A stretch of DNA of 64,000 nucleotides from Limisphaerales bacterium (GTDB lineage: Bacteria > Verrucomicrobiota > Verrucomicrobiia > Limisphaerales > SXQI01). Under the pieces are notes generated by a model. That model saw only the letters and a program-made list of their open reading frames with translations. It did no database searches and was not told where the DNA came from. Of this stretch, positions 45,498 through 55,200 are shown piece by piece. The stretch is from the NCBI GenBank assembly GCA_044226545.1, contig JBGAGW010000012.1:66107-130106 (forward strand). The letters are read 5' to 3'. The position numbers and the translations under genes are program-made. Every line of letters begins with the position of its first letter. Position 1 is the stretch's first letter.

Positions 45498-46175
45498 CTA
45501 GACTTCCAACATCTCGCGGATCCAGTTGCTTCGTGCCCAATCAATCACGGAGCGACCCCGCGCATCGCCAAGATCCGGTTTCAACCCGCGCCGCAGAAAA
45601 AGCTTGATGATTGCGCGCTGCGCGGCTTTGGCTTCTTCAGCACCGCTCCCCCCGCGTCCCGTATTTTGAACAGCGAGATGAAATGGCGTCGACCCCGGCT
45701 TATTTCTAAGCTCTGGATCTGCTCCCGAATCGAGGAGCGTTCTCACAGCCGCGGCGCTTCGGGTGCGGACGGCACGATGGAGGGGGGTCGCGCCGTTTGC
45801 ATCAGGCGCGTCAACGTTTGCACCTGCTTCGAGCAAAAGCTGGATCGTTTTGACCTGTTGCTCTGGAGACCACGGGGCGCTGCCCGGATGACCGTCCGCG
45901 GCGTAGTGGAGTGGTTGGCTGCGCCGATGGTTGGCAGCCGCAATTGGGTTGGAGCCCGCTTTGAGCAGGAGTTCGACGATGTGTACGCGATGACCGGCTG
46001 CCGCCGCGTGGAGGGCGGTGTCACCGGCATAGATCCAGTGCGGAAGTTCCCAGTAGAGGTGAGAGCGTTCAACCGTGACGTTGGAGAGCGCTGGGTCATT
46101 CTTCAGGAGCTTGCGGGTCAAGGTAATGTCATCGGCGATGATCGCTGCAAAGAGTTCATCGAGCCCGCCCTTCAT
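45498..46175 (-). CDS. Ankyrin-repeat protein
   Basis: GDTALHAAAAGHRVHIVELLLKAGSNP, NGATPLHRAVRTRSAAAVRTLLDSGADP and GSTPFHLAV are present. Confidence 0.85.
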   Translation of the reverse strand: MKGGLDELFAAIIADDITLTRKLLKNDPALSNVTVERSHLYWELPHWIYAGDTALHAAAAGHRVHIVELLLKAGSNPIAAANHRRSQPLHYAADGHPGSAPWSPEQQVKTIQLLLEAGANVDAPDANGATPLHRAVRTRSAAAVRTLLDSGADPELRNKPGSTPFHLAVQNTGRGGSGAEEAKAAQRAIIKLFLRRGLKPDLGDARGRSVIDWARSNWIREMLEV

Positions 46176-46189
46176 GCGATCAAGGATGT

Positions 46190-48211
46190 TTAAGGGTGGA
46201 TGACCAGCCACTGCCGGACGGCGGGGGCGTCCCCATGATTGGGAGCGAGGTCTAAAAAGCGCTGGTAATGGGTGCGGGCCAGAGCGTGTTCATCCAATTG
46301 TTGGGCGTAGAGATTTGCGAGGGCGAGGTGGGCGCGGGCTTCGTTGGGTGAAGTGTTGAGGAGTTCGCGCAGTTCGTTGGCGGCGTCAATTGGGTAACGA
46401 GCTTCGCGGAGGGTGAGAGCGAAGTTGTAGCGGGCATCGGTTGAGGTTGGTTTCAAGGCGACCGCTTGTTCGTTGGCGGCGAGGGCGAGGGGCACGTCTT
46501 TGTTCTGGTAGGCAAGCAAGCCGAGGTTGTAGGCGGCTTCGAAATAGGTGGGGTCCGCTGTGACGGCCTGGCGATAGAGTTTCATCGCCTCGCCGTATTG
46601 GCGCTGTTGATAGGCGTTGCCGGCCTGGGCGAACAGGTTTTGGGCGAGTGGGCGGTTGCCTTTCGCCGGTGGACTGGCACTGCGATATTGATAGCGCGGA
46701 ATGACGGGCGGAGGGGTGGGTTCGGCGGGAGGTGCGGCGCGTGCGATGGTCTGGTCGGTCGGAGCCGCGGGCGGGGCGGTAGGTGTCGGTGCAGGGGGGA
46801 TCGGGGTTGCCTGGGGAATGGCCGTCATCTTCGGCCCTTCCTTCTCGAACCAATGTGCCGGGTCTTTAAGGCGGGCGAGCAGACCTCGTTTTTCATCTGC
46901 CTTTTTGCGTGGGGCGAGCAGCGGCTTTTCTTCAGCGGTGTTTGGGTTTGATTGGGAGTTAATAGCTGTCGTTCGAGAATTACTCGTCGCAGTTGATGGA
47001 GTGCTAGTCGCACTGTCGAGGTCTTTGGCGGCAGGGAGTTCTGGTTCCTGCGTCACTTTCACCACTTCAACCTGAAGGGGTGGCTCAAGTTCATCCGCAG
47101 CAGCAGTGGTTGTCTTAGGGGGCGGGACGCTCGCAACGGTTGGCGGCGGATTGGTCGGTGGCGTCTGGAGGGCCGGTTGCGGGTGGAGCGCGAGTTGCGC
47201 TGCCTGAGCGAGGTGCTGGGTGGCGACGGGCGCAGGGATGTTTGTTTTGGTAAGCGCAATTTGTCCCGCAGCCGGGGGATTGGTCCTGGGAAGTTGGGCG
47301 GCAAGGTTTGTGGGGGCGGAGATGCTGGTGGCGCGCGCGCGTTCAGCCTGGAGAGCCAGATTGCTTCGGAGTAACGCACTGAGCCCTGTGTTGGTCGTTA
47401 AATCGGCCAGAGCCACTGGCGGAGGTGCTTCAACCGCGGGTTGCTCGATCTGGCGGATGGCCAGTTGAACGGCGGCGGCGGCTTTGGCGTTGGGTTTGGA
47501 GTTGAGGTAGGCGCGGTAGCGTTCCAGCGCGATGCCGTTATTGCCAAAATATTGTTGTGCAACTATCGCCTGGTTGAGAAGCGCGGAGCTGAAGCCGGGC
47601 TGAGCCTGAAGAGCGGTGTTGAAGGCCTGGACGGCTTCGCGTGGTCGCTTGCGTTGAATATGGACGAGTCCCATCGAATTGTGCGCGTCGGCATTCTTAG
47701 CGTTGAGTTTCAAGGCCTGCGTTAAGGCACGTTCGGCTTCATCGGTTCGGCGGGCGCGGATCAATGCGGCACCGAGACGGGACCAGCCTTGATCGTCGTC
47801 GGGCTTGAGATTTGTGTAAGCCGTGAGTTCTGTGATCGCGTCGTTAATCCGATCCTGCTCGAACAAGAGGACGCCGAGGTTAAAGTGCGCGGGCGGGAAA
47901 TTTCGGTCAATTCTCAGAGCCCGCTGGTAAGCCTCGGCAGCGCGCTGCGGCTGTTGCGAGCCGTGGTACGCAAGACCTTGCAGATTCCAGACTTCGGGGC
48001 GCTCCGGAATGACGACTGCGGCGCGTCCGAGGTATCGCAGAGCTTTTGGGTAATCCCCCTGGCGCACGTATTTATCGCCGAGCAGCAGCGCTTTCGGGCC
48101 GGACGGTTGGCAGCCGGTGAACAGGAACAGAAGCAGCGCCGTCCAGAAAAGGCCAGAGGCGCTGACGTGAGCCCTGTTTTTCTTGGTCAGCATCGAACTT
48201 GGTGGTAACAT
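46190..48211 (-). CDS. TPR-repeat lipoprotein-like protein with a long Pro/Thr/Ala linker
   Basis: There is an N-terminal signal with LFTGC. There are N- and C-terminal TPR blocks (AWNLQGLAYHG.., FEAAYNLGLLAYQN..). About 250 aa of Pro-rich low complexity lie between them. Confidence 0.8.
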   Translation of the reverse strand: MLPPSSMLTKKNRAHVSASGLFWTALLLFLFTGCQPSGPKALLLGDKYVRQGDYPKALRYLGRAAVVIPERPEVWNLQGLAYHGSQQPQRAAEAYQRALRIDRNFPPAHFNLGVLLFEQDRINDAITELTAYTNLKPDDDQGWSRLGAALIRARRTDEAERALTQALKLNAKNADAHNSMGLVHIQRKRPREAVQAFNTALQAQPGFSSALLNQAIVAQQYFGNNGIALERYRAYLNSKPNAKAAAAVQLAIRQIEQPAVEAPPPVALADLTTNTGLSALLRSNLALQAERARATSISAPTNLAAQLPRTNPPAAGQIALTKTNIPAPVATQHLAQAAQLALHPQPALQTPPTNPPPTVASVPPPKTTTAAADELEPPLQVEVVKVTQEPELPAAKDLDSATSTPSTATSNSRTTAINSQSNPNTAEEKPLLAPRKKADEKRGLLARLKDPAHWFEKEGPKMTAIPQATPIPPAPTPTAPPAAPTDQTIARAAPPAEPTPPPVIPRYQYRSASPPAKGNRPLAQNLFAQAGNAYQQRQYGEAMKLYRQAVTADPTYFEAAYNLGLLAYQNKDVPLALAANEQAVALKPTSTDARYNFALTLREARYPIDAANELRELLNTSPNEARAHLALANLYAQQLDEHALARTHYQRFLDLAPNHGDAPAVRQWLVIHP

Positions 48212-48267
48212 TGCCCTTTTCGGGCGTCAAGAAATGCCCGAATAAGCCGCCCTTCGGATCGTCTTAG

Positions 48268-49302
48268 GTGTTGGGATTTACGAACAGAATGTTAACGTTC
48301 CTCATACTCGCGGTAACCCTCAGCGGGATTGTCGATCCGCGCGCTGACGTAGCGAGCACCAACACCGGCCAGGTGTTGATCGTGGGCAATCCCGCGGCGA
48401 CGCGCGCGTTCGCGCCGCAATTCCAACCGATCCGCGAGATGGTGCGCGAAGGGCTCACCCGGTTTACCTCACGGCCAACGCCGGCGGAGGCGTGGCGCTC
48501 GCTGCTCTCCACTCAAGATGTGGTTGGGTTGAAAGTTCATTCCGCGCCGGGCAAGACCAGTGGCACCCGTCCGGCTGTCGTGGCCGCTTTCATCGAGAGT
48601 CTCATGGAAGCGGGAGTGCCGGTCTCGCGCATCGTTATCTGGGATCGCCGGGAAGTGGATATGCGGCTCGCCGGATTTTTCGAGCTTGGAGAGCGTTATG
48701 GCGTCACGGTCGCAGGGGCAGCCGACGCAGGTTTCGATGAGAAACGCTCGTACGAAACGGCGTTAATCGGGAAGCTGGTCTATGGGGATCTGGAGTTCGG
48801 ACGGAAAGGGGAGGGGGTTGGTCGCAAATCTTACGTCTCAAAACTGCTGACGCAGAAGATAACGAAGATCGTCAATATTACGCCGCTGTTGAATCACAAC
48901 TATGCGGGCGTTTCGGGAGCGCTGTACGGTCTTTCGATGGCCAGCGTGGATAATATTTTGCGGTTCGAAGATATGCAGCGGCTGGCGACGGCGATTCCGG
49001 AAATTTACGCACTGCCGGAGATTGCGGATAAAGTGGTGCTGAACGTTGTGGATGCGTTGATCTGCCAATATCAAGGCGAAGAGCGCAGCTTGCTTCATTA
49101 TTCCACAGCGCTGAACGAATTGTGGTTCAGCAGCGATGCGGTGGCGGTGGATGTTTTGGCGCTTCAGGAACTCGAACGGGAAAAAGGCCCCGATAGACGT
49201 AGAACGCCCGCGAAGGAGATTTACAGTAATGCCGGCCTGATGGAACTTGGCACTTCGGATCCCGCTAAAATTAAGGTCGAGCGGGTGATGCTCAAACCGT
49301 AA
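48268..49302 (+). CDS. DUF362 domain protein (second paralog), N-terminal signal/anchor
   Basis: VVGLKVHSAPG, IVIWDR and IVNITPLLNHNYAGVSGALYGL are present. Confidence 0.7.
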   Translation: MLGFTNRMLTFLILAVTLSGIVDPRADVASTNTGQVLIVGNPAATRAFAPQFQPIREMVREGLTRFTSRPTPAEAWRSLLSTQDVVGLKVHSAPGKTSGTRPAVVAAFIESLMEAGVPVSRIVIWDRREVDMRLAGFFELGERYGVTVAGAADAGFDEKRSYETALIGKLVYGDLEFGRKGEGVGRKSYVSKLLTQKITKIVNITPLLNHNYAGVSGALYGLSMASVDNILRFEDMQRLATAIPEIYALPEIADKVVLNVVDALICQYQGEERSLLHYSTALNELWFSSDAVAVDVLALQELEREKGPDRRRTPAKEIYSNAGLMELGTSDPAKIKVERVMLKP

Positions 49303-50106
49303 GTGCTGTGCATGCACCCCATGAATCTTAAAACTGTTTTTGCCATCTGCGTTGCGTCGATAGTCGTGCTCGCGCAGGGCGACGGCCACACTTACAAGAC
49401 GGGCTATCCGAGCATCATGAAGCTGGGGCGGGACATCTACGCCGCGCTCAAGCCGCCCGCCAAGGAGCTGATCAGCCCCCAACCGATCTCGATCGAAACG
49501 GATGATACTCCTTCGGTTCGTGTCGCTTCCTTCCCGGATGAACCGAAACCTCTACGTGGCGTTTGGATATCGGCCGGATTTATTGACCTGGTCAACAACG
49601 TCGCGCATGCCAAGGCGATTGATCGCAAGGAGAAGAGTTATTTCGCGAAGTATATCGATTTGCTTTCGCAGGAGAGCGGCACGCGCATGCTCAAGCCGCT
49701 TCCGAACGACGGGAATCCAAAATACTGGACCGACGAAATGCTGAACGAACAACAAAGCAACTTTAACTCGATCGTAGGCATCGTCGTCGGCATCAAGCTC
49801 GCGCACCATTATCTCGGGCAGTACGACAAGTATAAGACCCGGCTCGCCGAAAACACCGAACATCCCGTTCCGATCAACACGCTTCTCACGCAGGAGGAAT
49901 GGGAGCAGGCGTTCCGAGTGGGACTGCGTAACGCGCTCGAGGCCGGCTGCATGATCGAAGGAGTCATTCCGTTTTTCGAAGCCTTCGAGAAAATGAAGGT
50001 CAGGCCGCCGTGGACCATTTACTTCCTCCCCGACAATATCAAAGTCGCCAAACTGAAAAAGGAAATGGAAAAGATCCAACGCCGTTTTCTGAATGGTGAA
50101 GAATAG
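49303..50106 (+). CDS. Secreted hypothetical protein
   Basis: It starts the nucleotide after the DUF362 stop. The signal peptide is MNLKTVFAICVASIVVLAQG. I recognise no family. Confidence 0.55.
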   Translation: MLCMHPMNLKTVFAICVASIVVLAQGDGHTYKTGYPSIMKLGRDIYAALKPPAKELISPQPISIETDDTPSVRVASFPDEPKPLRGVWISAGFIDLVNNVAHAKAIDRKEKSYFAKYIDLLSQESGTRMLKPLPNDGNPKYWTDEMLNEQQSNFNSIVGIVVGIKLAHHYLGQYDKYKTRLAENTEHPVPINTLLTQEEWEQAFRVGLRNALEAGCMIEGVIPFFEAFEKMKVRPPWTIYFLPDNIKVAKLKKEMEKIQRRFLNGEE

Positions 50107-50109
50107 CAG

Positions 50110-51327
50110 TTATCCTAGTGCTTCCACTTTCAGCCGGAGCCACTCATAGCCCACGGCGCGTTGGTAGCGGGCCTCATTCTCAACGTGTTCCTTTGCATCC
50201 AGGACTTTCAGGCTGCCGATCTTCTCAACACATTTTTGCAGGAGTGTTCTTAGGATAAGCCGTGCGTGAGCCGCGCCGAGGCAAAGATGAGCGCCGAAAC
50301 CGAAGGCGAGGTGCGGATTCGGTTTTCGATCCAGCCGGATTTCCTCCGGAGCGTCAAAGGCGGCTTCGTCCATATTCGCCGAAGCCCAACAAATCGAAAC
50401 ACGGCCACCGGCCTTTACCGGAACGCCGTGCACATTTGTGTCAACCGGACAGACCCGTCCAATGTGCGTCAGCGGAGTGATCAAGCGGAAGAATTCTTCG
50501 CAGGCGTGAACGATGCGATTCGGGTCGTCGCGCAAAAACTTGAGCGCGTCCGGTTTGTTGGCCAAATAGCCCAGCACCGAAGAGATGCTATGAATCACGG
50601 TGTCGCGTCCTCCCGCGAAAGTCAGGTTGGCGAAGCCCATCATCTCTTCGCGCGTCAGAGGACGCCCGCGAAAAGTTGCCTTCGTCAGCGCGCTGAAGAA
50701 ATCATCGCCCGGATTACTCTGTGCGGCGTCGAACATCTTATGGAGGTACGCTTCGAGCGCGCCCCCTTTGGAAGCGCCATCCCGGAAGACGTGAACACCC
50801 CAACCGATCCATGTGGCAGCTTCACCTTCGGACACGTTCAGCAAATAGGTCAGGGAATGCGATTGAATTGGTAAGGCGAATTCCCGCACGATTTCGATCG
50901 AATCGCGCCGGAGCGCCTCATTCAACATTCGTTCGATAAGGGCTTCGACCTGGGCGATCATGGTCGGGTCTTTGGCGCGCTGAAAAAAGGGTTCGACTAT
51001 TTTCCGGTAATCGGTGTGATCGGGCGGATCCGTCTCGACCGGCAATTGCCGCATCGTCCGGACATTTTCTTCAGAAGGGATCGGCACCCGAAAGGGCGCG
51101 TTCGAACTGAAAGTTTTAAAATCCTTCCCTGCTTTGCGCACATCCTCATGTCGCAAGATCATCGGGACTGGCTCGCCTTGGAATTCGCAAACGAGCACAC
51201 CTTCCTTTTTTCGACTGTCACGGAACGGATCGGACACCTGCTTCATTGGCCTCAATTGAACGGGAGCGCTTTCGAGGGTCAAGCAGTGTTTCACCCATTT
51301 TGGCGTTCGTTTTGCGAAATTTGCCAC
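50110..51327 (-). CDS. Cytochrome P450
   Basis: The heme loop is HLAFGFGAHLCLGAAHAR. The I-helix is FAGGRDTV. An ExxR-like EEFFRL is present. The start is uncertain (51327 or ATG 51246). Confidence 0.9.
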   Translation of the reverse strand: MANFAKRTPKWVKHCLTLESAPVQLRPMKQVSDPFRDSRKKEGVLVCEFQGEPVPMILRHEDVRKAGKDFKTFSSNAPFRVPIPSEENVRTMRQLPVETDPPDHTDYRKIVEPFFQRAKDPTMIAQVEALIERMLNEALRRDSIEIVREFALPIQSHSLTYLLNVSEGEAATWIGWGVHVFRDGASKGGALEAYLHKMFDAAQSNPGDDFFSALTKATFRGRPLTREEMMGFANLTFAGGRDTVIHSISSVLGYLANKPDALKFLRDDPNRIVHACEEFFRLITPLTHIGRVCPVDTNVHGVPVKAGGRVSICWASANMDEAAFDAPEEIRLDRKPNPHLAFGFGAHLCLGAAHARLILRTLLQKCVEKIGSLKVLDAKEHVENEARYQRAVGYEWLRLKVEALG

Positions 51328-51371
51328 CCACTTGACCGGCGCATTTGGCTCTGTACTCTTTGAGGAGGGTT

Positions 51372-52073
51372 ATGAGAACGTATCTGACTTCTTTCGGAAC
51401 ATTGGCTCTGGGCGCTTTCCTCCAAACGACAACGGCTCACGCTCAGTACAGGAGCTTCATTACCGGTGATGCCGGTTGGTACTGGCGCGTGGATGCAGGA
51501 GCCTCGATTCCCCAGGATGGGCATATCTCGGACTTCGGCGGCTTCAGTTCCGGTCAGAAGGTGAGCTATGATACGGGGTTCGCGTTCAATGGTGGTTTCG
51601 GCTATTTCTACAACAGGTTTCTCGCCACCGAGCTGGAATTGGGATCAACATGGAATTACCTGAGCTCAGTCGAAGGCGCCTCGGTGCACGACACCTCTTT
51701 CGGAACTGCTCCGATCCTGGCAAATGTCATCCTGCAATATCCCATTCCCCAGACGATTGTGGTGCCGTATATCGGCGGCGGGGTGGGCGGGGCGGTGACA
51801 TTTTTCGACGCGCACGATTATTACCAACCGGTTCCGGGTGGAGCAGTTTCGTTGTACGGGAGCGAATCAGATTTCGTTTTCGCGTGGCAGGCCCAGGCCG
51901 GAGTGCGCTTCAACTTGAATGACAAGATGTCTCTAGGCGTGGCCTACCGTTATCTCCACACTGATCCCTCGGAGTTCAGCTTCGAAGGGCACCATCACGC
52001 TCCCAATCTGGACGTCCGTTTTTCCTCATTTGAGGCGCATGCGGTGACGCTGAGCTTTCTCATGAAGCTGTAA
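51372..52073 (+). CDS. Outer-membrane beta-barrel protein (OmpW/Opa-like porin family)
   Basis: The signal peptide ends TTAHAQ. There is an alternating amphipathic beta pattern (GVRFNLNDKMSLGVAYRYLH). ATG 51372 is preceded by GAGGAGGG. Confidence 0.7.
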   Translation: MRTYLTSFGTLALGAFLQTTTAHAQYRSFITGDAGWYWRVDAGASIPQDGHISDFGGFSSGQKVSYDTGFAFNGGFGYFYNRFLATELELGSTWNYLSSVEGASVHDTSFGTAPILANVILQYPIPQTIVVPYIGGGVGGAVTFFDAHDYYQPVPGGAVSLYGSESDFVFAWQAQAGVRFNLNDKMSLGVAYRYLHTDPSEFSFEGHHHAPNLDVRFSSFEAHAVTLSFLMKL

Positions 52074-52087
52074 TCGCCTGCGTGCCT

Positions 52088-52114
52088 GGGCGGAGCCGCC
52101 CGTATTATCTTTTG
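52088..52114 (+). terminator. Putative intrinsic terminator after the OMP gene
   Basis: GGGCGG-AG-CCGCCC hairpin followed by the T-rich GTATTATCTTTT. The loop is very short. Confidence 0.4.
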
Positions 52115-52298
52115 CTGCGTTGATCCCGCAATCTGGCAGGGCCAGGTATGAAATTGCGCCGCGACATCGGGAGGATCGCTGTGCTTTTCTTTTAAAGAAT
52201 CCTTGCTTATCAGTTTTCTCCGTACAAAGCTCGGAGGGATACCAAATAAGGCAGTTTCTCGGAACTTTATTCCGGAAATCGCATTCATAAGGAGGAAG

Positions 52299-55200
52299 AT
52301 GAAAAGCGCAGGAAAGATACTCTTCAGGCGGGCAGCGCGGATTTCTTGGTTCATTTTGGGTTTTATAACCGCCCTGACCGTGAGCGCGGCGGACGAATGT
52401 GTCCTTACGTATCCAATCAGCACTTTAGGTGTGGTGAGCGAAAGCGGTCGAGCCACCTCGACCAACGGTCTGTCGGTCAAAGGGCAGCGGCAGTTTTTGA
52501 CCTTCAGCCTGCCCAAGTTCGACGGCAAGGTGGTTGGTGCGTCCTTGTACCTGACGATGCAAAGCCTCGCGAGCGACGTTCCTCTCGATTACACCTTGTA
52601 TGAAGTAACAAACTCCGTTCCACGGGTAAGCCTGGGGGGCGGAACCGTGTATAGCGATCTGGGCGATGGAGAAGTTTTAGGGTCGGGGAGGTTCGATCCC
52701 CGCAGTACCTCGCGGGATGTGATTGTCCCGCTGAACAGCGACTTCGTTCAGCTCCTGGACCAAAAATCCGCAACTGCGACAACTACCTACCCCGTCGCAC
52801 TGGGTGCGGTCCTTACGGGTGGTAATTCCATCGGCGATGAGTTCATTTCGACGTTCTGGATGTATCTCCAGGTCTCGATCGTGCCGGCGAATATGCCTCC
52901 GCTGGTGATTGGGCAATCGCCTCAAACAGTGACTGCCGGAGGAAGCGTTCAATTTTATGTCACACAGACGAGTTCGCCGTGTCCGTTGACCGGCGCGATC
53001 CGATGGCGCTTCGCAGGGGAGGATATTCCCGGCGCGACGAACTCGTATTTGAATCTGAGCAATGTGACGACCAATCAAAGCGGCGCCTATTCAGTCGTCG
53101 TGTCGAATGGAATCGGCTCATTCGAAGCAACGACGGACCTGAACGTGTTTGCAGAGGTAAAGGTCGATTCGCCGCCCGCTGTCCGTTTTGATGGCCCCAC
53201 TGTAGAAGGTCCAATGGGATACCCATTCCACTTTTGCCCCAATGTCGAAGGCTGGCCTACACCGGTCTGGCAATGGTTGCGTGAGGGCGTGCCTCTTTTA
53301 GATCAGACTAATGTCTGCCTTGATTTTTCGGCATTGGAAAGCCGGCACTCGGGCAATTACACGCTCACTGCCAGTAACTCATTAGGCCAGGCAAGTGCCT
53401 CAATCCATCTCGACGTGCGAGGTCAAGTGCCGGCCATCACTTCCCAAAGTGGCGATCTCTCCATGGTCGCCGGTTCGGATGCCATCATTTATTTCAGCGC
53501 GACGGGTGCGCCGCCGCCAGAATTTTTCTTGGTAAAGGATGGAACAAACCAGCCTTTCGCTCTAGCCACTCCGAACTCGGTTTCGCTTTTTGGGCTGACG
53601 CTTGCCGATGCCGGATTCTATTCTGTTTTGGCGAGTAATTCGCTGGGCATGGCGACAAGTCAGGTTATTCGGGTGACCGTGCGCGCCAGCGAACCGCGTG
53701 ATCGCTGGAGCAGTATTCAACAACAAGTGCAAATCCGATCAATGACGGCCGCGCAGGGGACGATTGTGGCCGTGGGTGATCAGGGCGGAATTTTTACCTC
53801 GTCCACTGAGCCACCGGTTTGGGATGCGCAACCGCCTAAGAATTCGGCAGATGTGAATGCAATTGTTTATGCCAACAATCTTTTCGTCGCGGTAACGGAT
53901 GACGGGCTGATCCTGACTTCGAAAGACGCAAAGACATGGGACTATGCTGCGCGCGCGGATAGAAGCTTGAAATCAGTCGCTTACGGTAACGGGTTGTTCG
54001 TGGCGGCTGGATTTCAATTGGTCATGACCTCGGTCGACGGCCTTCACTGGACTCGTGTTGAGGAATCCAAATTACTCTTTGATGCGATTTCCTTCGGGAA
54101 TGGAGTGTTCGTCGCCGGCGCCTGGGATGTCGGGACGCCGTCGAGCGGATCGGGAAGGTATTTGATGACGTCAGTCAACGGAATTGACTGGCAAAGGGTT
54201 TTTCCGAGCCCAGAAGTGGAGCAGGTCGCATTTTTGAATGATCGATTTTTCGCCGTGGGTGATGACGGGTTTATCGCGATTTCTGCGGATGGTTCGAATT
54301 GGCAAGTGCGAGCGCTCTCTACAACGCGGCGTTTCTACGACGTGGTTTATGGAGCTGGGAAGTATATCGCGGTCGGTGCTCGCGGAATTATTTTCAGCTC
54401 AGCGGATGGGAGCGTTTGGAAACAGGAGAATTCCGGGACACCGGACCGCCTGGAAGCCGCTCTCTATACAGGAAAATACTTTATCGCGGCCGGTGAGAAC
54501 GGTACCACCCTCGTCTCCACCGATGGCAGCCACTGGGCGGCTGCTGCGGACCGGATCAGCGCGGACCTGGACGGCATGGTTACCACCAGCGATCTCGTCG
54601 TGGCAGTCGGGAAAGACGGCACAATTCTTACCTCGACAAACGGGGTGAATTTTTCGATTCAACAAAGCGGGGTGACGAACAACCTGCATGGCATCGGATG
54701 GAACGGGACGCTTTTCGTTGCGGTGGGCGAGCCCGGCGTAATTTTCACTTCGCTCGACGCCGTGCACTGGACTCAGCGTTCTGTCGATCTGAATACTTCC
54801 CTGAAACAGGCGGTGTTTCTCAATGACCTATGGATTGCGGTCGGCACCGGAGGAGTCCTGCTGACTTCGCCGGACGCTGTTACCTGGACGCAGGTGCCCC
54901 ACCTTACCTATAACGACTTGAACGATGCGGCTTACGGAAATGGAACCTATGCGGTCATCGGCGATGGTTATCCGTCACCCTCCGGCACCCTGCTCACGTC
55001 CAAGGATGGGGCGCATTGGACCGTTGGAACGCTTGCGCTTGGAAAAAACGCGCGGAGCATCACTTATGCGAATGGAATATTTCTCGTGACGGCCAATGAT
55101 TCCTTCATCGCGACGAGCCGTGATGCGGTGACGTGGAACTTTCAACGGACTTTTCCTGCTTACTATTCCAGTCCGGTCTATTACCCGGTGAACCTGCGTT

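Noticed and set aside
46386-47400. Highly repetitive Pro/Thr/Ala-coding DNA with several overlapping alternative-frame ORFs. I considered a tandem repeat or a CRISPR-like array.
   Set aside because: It has no fixed-length direct repeats or spacers. It is the low-complexity linker of the TPR protein on the minus strand.
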